From: a virus
Taxonomy: Duplodnaviria; Caudoviricetes
IMG/VR virus record: IMGVR_UViG_3300021420_000031
Coordinates: 1 to 63,683 of that record
Length of the DNA stretch: 63,683 bases
Direction: 5' to 3' (one strand)
A program made the position numbers and the translations under genes. How positions within the stretch are numbered: the stretch's first letter is position 1; every line of letters starts with the position of its first letter. Below, in pieces: positions 1-6,879 of the stretch. The notes under the pieces are model-generated. The model was not told where the DNA came from. It did no database searches and saw nothing but the letters and a program-made list of their open reading frames with translations.

Positions 1-538
1 CCCCCGACGCCCACGTCGCCGCCGCCGCCCACGCCGCCGCCCCCGCCGCCGACGCCGCCCCCGCCGCCCCCGCCGCCGACGCCGACGCCGCCTCCGTACC
101 GCTCAGAATAGCAGCCTTACATTGTTCGCAAGCCGCCTCAACCTGTGGCCAGTAAGGTTTACCGGCGTAGAGGGGGCGAGCCGATGCAACCGCGTCGTCA
201 ATCGTAAAAATGAGGGACTTGTTTAACACGGTGCGCCATTGCGGTTCCGTTAACGCACCCCAGCGCCGCACCGCCGCACCGTAGCGGCGGGCGATCGGAT
301 AAATGGCATCTTCCGCCAATCCATCGAACAGCGTGATGGTCAGTTCCGCCAGCCAGAGGGGCATCAGTTCGGCATTACAATCCGACGCCGATTTGACCCC
401 GGGACCGATCGAGCCGAGCAAGCAGGCGACCTCCCGCCCGTCTGATCCTCGGCTATGCCATTGATGCTGCGCCAAAGTCTCGGCGTCGCACGCGGCGAGG
501 ATCGCCGCAGACGCGGATTCGTTCGTGATGGTCATCAT
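1..538 (-). CDS. N-terminal part of Ala-rich repeat protein (runs off the left end)
   Basis: Read by hand: AAGGAG RBS, ATG at 538 (or 535), MMTITNESASAAILAACDAETLAQHQWHS...GTEAASASAAGAAGAASAAGAAAWAAAATWASG, open to base 1. Confidence 0.8.
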   Translation of the reverse strand, partial: MMTITNESASAAILAACDAETLAQHQWHSRGSDGREVACLLGSIGPGVKSASDCNAELMPLWLAELTITLFDGLAEDAIYPIARRYGAAVRRWGALTEPQWRTVLNKSLIFTIDDAVASARPLYAGKPYWPQVEAACEQCKAAILSGTEAASASAAGAAGAASAAGAAAWAAAATWASG

Positions 539-543
539 TTCAA

Positions 544-561
544 CTCCTTGCTGATGGGTTA
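544..561 (-). promoter_or_regulatory. Start-associated repeat copy 1 (TAACCCATCAGCAAGGAG on minus strand)
   Basis: Near-identical to 1473-1490 and 1676-1690; ends in the Shine-Dalgarno of the downstream gene. Confidence 0.75.
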
Positions 562-813
562 CGCGATGCTTGCGAGCGCGCTGAACAGCACATCAAACCC
601 CGTTTCCGATAAGGGCAGCGGCACCTTGCCTAGTGCGAAGCAAAGCATCTCTGGCACGACACTAGGCGGCGTGGTATTGCGCGGATCGTAGTGAATCCAT
701 CCCATGCTCTTGATGTATCCGATCACTTGTGGGACACCAAGCCGAGATGCCTCATAATTCGCCGCGCGGATGCAATCGGCGGCACTTTCATGGATTATGT
801 GATAGGTCGTCAT
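559..813 (-). CDS. Hypothetical protein
   Basis: 84 aa ORF, ATGA-coupled to the upstream ORF, in a leftward operon. Confidence 0.65.
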   Translation of the reverse strand: MTTYHIIHESAADCIRAANYEASRLGVPQVIGYIKSMGWIHYDPRNTTPPSVVPEMLCFALGKVPLPLSETGFDVLFSALASIA

Positions 814-968
814 CGTAAATATCCACTTGTATCAATTGCTTTCTGCGCCAGCGCTTTGTTGCCGAAGTATCCGACAAGCTCGCCGTCATGGCGTCTGATG
901 CGCCAAGTATCTCCGATTTTCTCGGGTTTTGAGAGTTTCCAAGTTTGCGTTGGTTTGTAGGTTGCCAT
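810..968 (-). CDS. Small hypothetical protein (52 aa)
   Basis: Read by hand: AGGAGG RBS, MATYKPTQTWKLSKPEKIGDTWRIRRHDGELVGYFGNKALAQKAIDTSGYLR. Confidence 0.65.
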   Translation of the reverse strand: MATYKPTQTWKLSKPEKIGDTWRIRRHDGELVGYFGNKALAQKAIDTSGYLR

Positions 969-1058
969 TTCCGATTCCTCCTGCGGCGGCCGTCAGGCCG
1001 GGTTCACTTCTGCGTACTGAATGCGATTGATTTCGCCTTCGCGCTATCGTCGGCGCCG

Positions 1059-1466
1059 TCATTCCCGCTCCGTCTCGAATAGCAGCGCCTGATAAAGCTC
1101 AGCGCCAAGGAAGTTTTCGAGCTTCATAGCCTGCTTGCGGCAAGCTTCGTAAATCCGCTCCGCCTTGCGGCTGTCGGTGTCATAGCCGTACTCGCCGCAC
1201 CAATCCTCGAAATGTCGGGCATTGTCGATACCGGCCGCATCGCTCGCCAAACAATCGAGCACATCAACCGCCTTCGGCTCGCCGGCAATTGCCGGACCTT
1301 GCGAAAAATAGGTGCTCATTTGCTTCCGGCCGCGGCGAAAGGTGCAACGAAAATGGCTTGTCCCGCGCGCCCAATCCTTCGGGTCGATGTTGGGGTTGGT
1401 GTCAGCCCAATCGCACGACATCCGAATGTTGCTGCGATTGACGAATTGATTGATGGTCTGAGTCAT
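1059..1466 (-). CDS. Phage hypothetical protein
   Basis: 135 aa ORF with strong AAGGAGG RBS and globular composition. Confidence 0.8.
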   Translation of the reverse strand: MTQTINQFVNRSNIRMSCDWADTNPNIDPKDWARGTSHFRCTFRRGRKQMSTYFSQGPAIAGEPKAVDVLDCLASDAAGIDNARHFEDWCGEYGYDTDSRKAERIYEACRKQAMKLENFLGAELYQALLFETERE

Positions 1467-1472
1467 CGGTTC

Positions 1473-1490
1473 CTCCTTGCTGACGGGTTA
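1473..1490 (-). promoter_or_regulatory. Start-associated repeat copy 2 (TAACCCGTCAGCAAGGAG)
   Basis: 17/18 identical to 544-561. Confidence 0.75.
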
Positions 1491-1522
1491 GGCTGCTCCA
1501 AGGCCAGGGGGTGCAAGCCAGG

Positions 1523-1669
1523 CTAGTGCATACGCGCGGTGCGATAAGCACGCTTGCGTTGTGCGCGGCGCCAGTTACGTTCATAAGCGATCAACGTGGC
1601 AATGCTCAAAGGGAGGCATGCGCCGAGAAGAATGATGTAGATCATGGCGTGCGCTGGCAGGTTCGTCAT
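1523..1669 (-). CDS. Small single-pass membrane protein (48 aa)
   Basis: Read by hand: MTNLPAHAMIYIILLGACLPLSIATLIAYERNWRRAQRKRAYRTARMH; AAGGAG RBS; first gene after the leftward promoter. Confidence 0.65.
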   Translation of the reverse strand: MTNLPAHAMIYIILLGACLPLSIATLIAYERNWRRAQRKRAYRTARMH

Positions 1670-1675
1670 CTCGAT

Positions 1676-1690
1676 CTCCTTGCTGATGGG
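1676..1690 (-). promoter_or_regulatory. Start-associated repeat copy 3 (CCCATCAGCAAGGAG)
   Basis: 15/15 identical to 544-558. Confidence 0.75.
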
Positions 1691-1693
1691 AGG

Positions 1694-1722
1694 AATATAC
1701 GTCGATTGCCGTAGCCTGTCAA
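1694..1722 (-). promoter_or_regulatory. Sigma70-type leftward promoter
   Basis: TTGACA (1722-1717), 17 nt spacer, TATATT (1699-1694). Confidence 0.75.
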
Positions 1723-1737
1723 CAGCAAAAATGCAGA

Positions 1738-1766
1738 TTGACGTATTTTTATCGAGCGCCTATGTT
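1738..1766 (+). promoter_or_regulatory. Sigma70-type rightward promoter, probably giving a leaderless HTH mRNA
   Basis: TTGACG, 17 nt spacer, TATGTT; ATG at 1773 with no SD. Confidence 0.7.
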
Positions 1767-1772
1767 ATCGGT

Positions 1773-1985
1773 ATGGACGAGAACGAGCTTTTGAGCAGCA
1801 ACCGTCGAGCCGCCGGCATCAAGCAGCGCGACCTGGCCGCGGCGATCGGGATCTCGCCGCAGTATCTCAGCGACTTAGAGAACGGGCGTCGCGAGGTTCC
1901 GGGGCCGCTGTTGGCGAAGCTGCCGCAGCCGATCCGCGCGCCGATCGTGCGCGCCAGGATCGCGGAGTTGGAAAAGCTGCTTTAG
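1773..1985 (+). CDS. XRE/Cro-family helix-turn-helix regulator
   Basis: RRAAGIKQRDLAAAIGISPQYLSDLENGRR is a typical HTH_XRE; start moved from 1644 to 1773 on promoter position. Confidence 0.9.
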   Translation: MDENELLSSNRRAAGIKQRDLAAAIGISPQYLSDLENGRREVPGPLLAKLPQPIRAPIVRARIAELEKLL

Positions 1986-2377
1986 GGGTAATGCCGGCCA
2001 GCCGCCCGGGTTCGTTAGCTAATTAGATCAATACGTTATGTTGTTGCGGGCCGGTCGCTACCCCGGCTATTTGGGGGCCATCAGCAGTGAGCGCAGCCCC
2101 ATCCCCCTGATCGCCCCTTGCCTTCCGCAGTATGACCGGACTCTTTCGCCGTGCTCTCTATGGGGCGTCGACAGCTTCCAGGCGTTTGCCAGCACGAACG
2201 AACAAGTGACCCGACAGTAACCCCGGCCGACCTCACACTTGGGAGCGTGTCTTGCTTTCCACGCCGCCGCAACAGGCGCTTGCCTATCACGCGGAAACGC
2301 CGGCCACGAGGGCCGGCGCCAATCCGCAGGGAGGAACCTGAGATTTCGCTTGACGCCTAGGGGAAAGCGCCAGTAGC

Positions 2378-2836
2378 GTGCTGGTTGTTCACGTCAGCGG
2401 GCCGAAAAGTTTGTCAGTTCCCGATCAAAGTCAAGCAAAATCGCACTTCACACTCGTCAGCGATCAAGAATCCCTCTGGCTGATATTCGCCAAAGGACCG
2501 ACGCCACCCCACTCGCTGCAGATGTCCCGCTCTCGCTCTGGCCTTTGGTGGCGTAAGACCGCGACCGAGGCCGTAGCGATTGAAGTGGTCACGCGCCTTC
2601 GCACGGCCGGTCTTGATGCCTGGCACAAATACGAAGCCGACATGCCGGTCCGCGAAACCCGCGCTCAGAAGCGCGCCCGCGAGCAAAACTTCCGGGAACA
2701 CCAACGAGATTCCAAGCCGGCCCTCAAAGCGCCGGTAATTACGCTTGATCCGAACCGCGATCGCAGCTCGGGTCGGCGAACCTATGCTGAGTACCGCGAG
2801 ACAGATCTCGCGCCCAGACTAAATGTGGGAACCTAA
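2378..2836 (+). CDS. Hypothetical basic protein (true start may be ~2522)
   Basis: 152 aa ORF; possible TTGACG-18-TAGCGT promoter at 2350-2379. Confidence 0.45.
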   Translation: MLVVHVSGPKSLSVPDQSQAKSHFTLVSDQESLWLIFAKGPTPPHSLQMSRSRSGLWWRKTATEAVAIEVVTRLRTAGLDAWHKYEADMPVRETRAQKRAREQNFREHQRDSKPALKAPVITLDPNRDRSSGRRTYAEYRETDLAPRLNVGT

Positions 2837-3178
2837 CAGGCTGTAACGGCCCGTGCTGCTAACCCCTCGTTGCCGTCGAGCGGCAGCGGGAATACCGCAA
2901 GCTCCATCCGTTTCTCGCCAGGCAATGGGGGAAACCTTATAGGATGGGGGTAAATCTAAACTTATGGGCGAAGCCCATGCTGCAAAGTCTGAGCGCAGCG
3001 AGGCCGCGTCAGCGGTGCGTCACTCTGTTGCGAAGCGTTTGCCGGCTGCCCAAAGCTATCCCGCCCCGCCAGCCATACCGCGATAGCCCTGAGGGTAAGA
3101 TGACCACTACGCCAGCGTCTCACCATGCCACCATCCCCTCACTGGGCGGCTGCCCGAAGGATCTTCCTTCCACACAGC

Positions 3179-3200
3179 AAAAACCCCGCGCTAGGCGGGG
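3179..3200 (-). terminator. Intrinsic terminator
   Basis: CCCCGC/GCGGGG stem followed by TTTTT on the minus strand, downstream of the 3384-3884 gene. Confidence 0.65.
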
Positions 3201-3383
3201 CTGATGCCGACTCGTGAATGAGACGCCTGACGAGTTAGAAATGGCCGCGCCATAGCACCCGACGGCAACCATCGGGAAGCGGTAGTTGGCAGCCGTTTCC
3301 CTCAAAGATCGCTTGCGTGCGCCACTCCGGCTGACCTGGAATACCGCACCAACCACCAAACCGAAGCCTGAACCTAATTCCCG

Positions 3384-3884
3384 TTACGTTCCTTCTTGAT
3401 GACCCTCAGCCTCCCGTAGCGCCCGACGCTCAGCCGCTAACCGGCGACGCTCATCAACCGGATAGCGCGCAAAATAAGGAACCTGGCGCTCAGCCTCCCT
3501 CTTCGCCGCGTAAATCTCCAAATCAGTCGCAAGCGCTTCCTCAACCGTAATCCGGTTCCGAATAAACCGAGCTAACCGCCGCGCACCCTCAGCCGTCATC
3601 CCAGTCTTGCGCCAACGCGAAAGCGTCGTGCGAGAAACAACGCCGCATAATACCTGTAATACAGCCATCTGCCCAGGGTACTCAGGTATCCGCCAAGGTC
3701 TGTACAATCGTAAAGCACGGTCAACATACGGAACGCTTGTGTCAACCCCGCGAACTAACGGCTCTACAGTCCGACGAGTAGCAGCGTCCGTGTTCTTTTG
3801 TCCCCAACGCTTGAGAACACGCCAGATTGTTGCGTCATCTAGTTGGTGTTTCTTGGCCATCACTTTACCCCGTTTAGCTGTCAC
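3384..3884 (-). CDS. Hypothetical basic protein, possibly DNA-binding
   Basis: 166 aa ORF; VSRTTLSRWRKTG resembles an HTH recognition helix; lies next to the dif-like site. Confidence 0.6.
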   Translation of the reverse strand: MTAKRGKVMAKKHQLDDATIWRVLKRWGQKNTDAATRRTVEPLVRGVDTSVPYVDRALRLYRPWRIPEYPGQMAVLQVLCGVVSRTTLSRWRKTGMTAEGARRLARFIRNRITVEEALATDLEIYAAKREAERQVPYFARYPVDERRRLAAERRALREAEGHQEGT

Positions 3885-3986
3885 ATCCTAACACCCAGCC
3901 AGGCACTACATCTAGTGTGCAACCGCCTGAAACCCTGGTACAACCGAGCTACGATTCAAAAGCGTGAACAATATCAATAACAACGA

Positions 3987-4014
3987 ATGTCGCATAAGGT
4001 GCATTATGGAAAGT
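3987..4014 (+). other. dif: dif-like XerC/XerD recombination site
   Basis: ATGTCGCATAA-GGTGCA-TTATGGAAAGT has 11-6-11 architecture with the CGCATAA-N6-TTATG core of E. coli dif; intergenic and locally AT-rich. Confidence 0.75.
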
Positions 4015-4246
4015 TGCGGCGCACAACGAACAGATGGTGGACACCAGCATGGGTTGTGGGAGTGTCGCGGCCGACCTCGCGATGGGACGGATCGCGGTGA
4101 TATTTTGTTACACCCCTGCCACATCGCCCCCGGAAAATAAATAGTGTTGACGGTTCCTGCGAGCGATGACAGATGTATTCGCATGGGAAGCGGCCGGGCG
4201 GTTTTAGGAGGTTTTGGGTGAGTGGGAATTATCCCTTTGACAGGTC

Positions 4247-4711
4247 GTGGGCGTGATGGGCGCCCCGCTGTCCCCTCTGGCTATCGTTGCATCCACTTTA
4301 GAGAGTGAATCTAGTGCAGATATGGTTTTGACAGCATTAGACAAATATGGGTGGATCTGTGTACCTAAAATACCAAATAATGAGATGTTAGATGCCGCGT
4401 ATTGGTGCGCCTACGAAGAAAATGCGGCCGGCGTATGGGAAGAAATGATTGCAGTGATTGCCAGTTCTTATCCTGTCAACAATGTGAACTCCGGTGGTTC
4501 GAAGGGTTATGGACTCGCACAGGGAGGGCATTTGATGGACCGTGTGGCTCTGGAGAACGATTTGGTGATACTGAGCGCATTAAGGGAGGTTCTGGAGATG
4601 GTTGTGCCTCGGGAGCGGCTTGTGGGTCGTGGGCTGATTGAGCAGCTAACGGCGCGGCTACAGGTGACGGCTGAGGCGTTGGCTGTGTGCTCGCCGGATC
4701 GGCCGGAATGA
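4247..4711 (+). CDS. Hypothetical protein (a separate gene may start at the internal ATG ~4536)
   Basis: VPKIPNNEMLDAA motif typical of small phage proteins; internal GGGAGG RBS before MDRVALEND. Confidence 0.55.
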   Translation: MGVMGAPLSPLAIVASTLESESSADMVLTALDKYGWICVPKIPNNEMLDAAYWCAYEENAAGVWEEMIAVIASSYPVNNVNSGGSKGYGLAQGGHLMDRVALENDLVILSALREVLEMVVPRERLVGRGLIEQLTARLQVTAEALAVCSPDRPE

Positions 4712-4929
4712 TTGAGTCGCAGATTTTGTCGCCGAGCGGGCTGGTGAGGTTATCCTCGGCGGAGTGGTGTGCGCACAGCGGCTGGGCGCCGCCGCCGAAG
4801 TGGATCTACCGGCAGAGCGCGCGGGCAGGGGCGGAGCATCCTGAGCATGGGCAGCACGGCGGTCATGTGATTTCGATTGCGGCGACGAACATCGAGGCGG
4901 TTTCGGATCGGGTGGAGTTTTGCCTCTGA
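4708..4929 (+). CDS. Hypothetical protein
   Basis: ATGA overlap with the previous stop. Confidence 0.5.
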   Translation: MIESQILSPSGLVRLSSAEWCAHSGWAPPPKWIYRQSARAGAEHPEHGQHGGHVISIAATNIEAVSDRVEFCL

Positions 4930-5052
4930 TGCTGGCTAGGGCCGATTCCGAGGATGTTGCGGCGGTGTGGGCTGCTTACGCGTGGGAGTTGGAGGCGGTG
5001 ATCTTGGAGCTAGCGGCGATCGGGCTACGGGCGGGTTTCGAGGAGGAACGGA

Positions 5053-5166
5053 ATGTTCACCGACATCGGGTTGATACTGCTGAGTTGGGTTGTGCTGGCG
5101 TTTCTGGTGGCGGTCCCGGTTGTGCGGTGGATTAGCCGGCTGGACGAGGACGGGGAGCCGCGATGA
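5053..5166 (+). CDS. Small membrane protein (37 aa)
   Basis: AGGAGG RBS; MFTDIGLILLSWVVLAFLVAVPVVRWISRLDEDGEPR; ATGA overlap with the next gene. Confidence 0.6.
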   Translation: MFTDIGLILLSWVVLAFLVAVPVVRWISRLDEDGEPR

Positions 5167-5483
5167 GCTCGCTTCCGGACGAGGCGTTTTTCGCTGATCA
5201 CTCCGATCGGAACTTCCGCATTCGCTTACCGGCGGCTGGCGAGTACGCTAACGAGTTCCGGTCTCTGGGGCCGCATGAGGAAGGTCGGCGCCGGGTTATC
5301 GTTTCGCGGGTACCGTTCGGGATTGCGTCGATGTCAGGGATCACACTGATGCCTATCCCGTTTCTGGCGTTTGCGGACGAAGAGATCGCTGACCGGGATG
5401 ACGTACTATCGCCGATCTTTCGTGGCATCCTGGAGAAGGCTGGTGCTGACATTGGTATTCTCGGGCCGGCAAGGGGGTGGTGA
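5163..5483 (+). CDS. Hypothetical protein
   Basis: 106 aa ORF in a coupled operon. Confidence 0.7.
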   Translation: MSSLPDEAFFADHSDRNFRIRLPAAGEYANEFRSLGPHEEGRRRVIVSRVPFGIASMSGITLMPIPFLAFADEEIADRDDVLSPIFRGILEKAGADIGILGPARGW

Positions 5484-5713
5484 TGTGGAGTTTTGCGACC
5501 AATCCGATGCTGACGGTGTCTGGTGGGCCGGTATTGCCGCCCAAACCGACGTGCCAGTGTCAGCATAACGGCGAACCGGCATCTCGGCCTCACGAGCATT
5601 CCGTCTATTGCGCATTTTACCGAGCGCATGGTCAGGCCCTCGGCTCGGTGTGTTTCGAGCCAGGAGATCCTGGGTATGATGAGGCGATGGCCCTCAAGCG
5701 GAAGGTTGGTTGA
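5483..5713 (+). CDS. Hypothetical Cys/His-containing protein
   Basis: TGATG coupling; CQC...H...C possible metal site. Confidence 0.5.
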   Translation: MWSFATNPMLTVSGGPVLPPKPTCQCQHNGEPASRPHEHSVYCAFYRAHGQALGSVCFEPGDPGYDEAMALKRKVG

Positions 5714-6093
5714 TGCTGTTTTTCATGGTGTGTGCCGACGAGATCAAAGGGGCGGCGGAGTGTCTGTCGCGGGGCTGGACTCAGGTCGGGGTCGCGCGGT
5801 TCTTCACGTCTGATCGGGACGACGTGCGTCTAGTCCGCCGGTTCACCGACATGGCGTTGCTTCCTGGTGGGACGTGGCTGATGGCAGCGCGGGACTATGC
5901 TAGCAATCCAGAGCGCGAGCATTTCTATAAACTGATCGAGTTGGGAGCGGCAAAATGGGTGAATGGCGAGGAGCCGCGGGTGGAGACGGAAATCTTGACG
6001 TACGAGATACCGACACCGGCCCCGTTCAACCCGCCGCTAAGCCGGGACCGACTGAGTGGCGATCGCCGTGGTCAAGGACCGTCGCGTCGCTAG
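5713..6093 (+). CDS. Hypothetical protein
   Basis: TGATG coupling with the upstream ORF. Confidence 0.6.
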   Translation: MLFFMVCADEIKGAAECLSRGWTQVGVARFFTSDRDDVRLVRRFTDMALLPGGTWLMAARDYASNPEREHFYKLIELGAAKWVNGEEPRVETEILTYEIPTPAPFNPPLSRDRLSGDRRGQGPSRR

Positions 6094-6278
6094 GTCACGA
6101 TCCAGCGACTAACGAGCTGCATGTGGTTTGGTCGAACAATGGCCGCCGCAGTGTGTACGCTGGCGTCACCGCTGATCATGCGAACGAGATCATGAACGCG
6201 CCCTCGACCGGGGCTGCGCTGCATTCGCTGCGCCGCGCGCCCGATCTGCACCCGCATCGGTATCATGATCAGGGTTGA
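5955..6278 (+). CDS. KTSC-domain protein
   Basis: SRTVASLGHDPATNELHVVW...VYAGV...IMNAPSTGAALHS matches the KTSC pattern; start uncertain. Confidence 0.75.
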   Translation: MGEWRGAAGGDGNLDVRDTDTGPVQPAAKPGPTEWRSPWSRTVASLGHDPATNELHVVWSNNGRRSVYAGVTADHANEIMNAPSTGAALHSLRRAPDLHPHRYHDQG

Positions 6279-6616
6279 GTTTAATGGGAAGGCACCAACG
6301 AAACGACCATTCCACCGCCGCGGGATATGAACTTCCTTGGCTCAGGCTCCAAGCTGGGTGCGGTTATGTGGCATGGCAGGGCGATTGGGTGCCTATCTGT
6401 CTTAGGGTCGGTCCCGATCAGTACGTTCCTATTGCCAGGATTTCCGCCGAACAGATGTCGGAGATCCGGGCCAAAGAAGACTCATCTATTGCTGGCCCGA
6501 TTTTAGGGCTGCCGACGATGGCGGCGTTGGTAGGGGATCGCTTAGAGTTTTACCCCACTCCTGTTAAGGCGTACGATATCGTGCAACTGCCGACCAAGAG
6601 TCTTGTGGATGCCTGA
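6275..6616 (+). CDS. Hypothetical protein resembling the adaptor beta-domain
   Basis: GLPTMAALVGDRLEFYPTPVKAY resembles GTPSIVAQQGQGALGTLFFYPTPD in the adaptor paralogues. Confidence 0.55.
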   Translation: MSLMGRHQRNDHSTAAGYELPWLRLQAGCGYVAWQGDWVPICLRVGPDQYVPIARISAEQMSEIRAKEDSSIAGPILGLPTMAALVGDRLEFYPTPVKAYDIVQLPTKSLVDA

Positions 6617-6848
6617 TCTCGCCGACGCCTTCACCCGCATGGCCGCGCGCATCCGGGCGATTCAGCCGGAGGACTTCAACGGTGCGCTGGTCTTGGTGGC
6701 CCCGGACGGGACCGAAATAACCTTGATGATGCAGGGCACCCGCGACGAGGTGGTGTTCTGGTCGACGGCCAAGAGCAAGATCGAGATCGCGGCAACTGAC
6801 TTTGCGCAGCGCGCCAGCGCGCCGGTGTTCGGTCAGTACGGGCGTTGA
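6609..6848 (+). CDS. Hypothetical protein upstream of TerL
   Basis: 79 aa ORF overlapping the upstream stop. Confidence 0.7.
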   Translation: MPDLADAFTRMAARIRAIQPEDFNGALVLVAPDGTEITLMMQGTRDEVVFWSTAKSKIEIAATDFAQRASAPVFGQYGR

Positions 6849-6879
6849 TTAAAACGCTCATCGCTCGTAAATAGCGGGC

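Noticed and set aside
1644-1772. N-terminal extension of the HTH ORF in the ORF track
   Set aside because: It spans both promoters and the start of the opposite gene; ATG 1773 fits better.
4823-4830. GGGCAGGG KOPS-like octamer near the dif-like site
   Set aside because: A single copy in G-rich sequence is expected by chance.
3384-6848. Assignment of a terminase small subunit
   Set aside because: No ORF upstream of TerL shows features clear enough to support the call.
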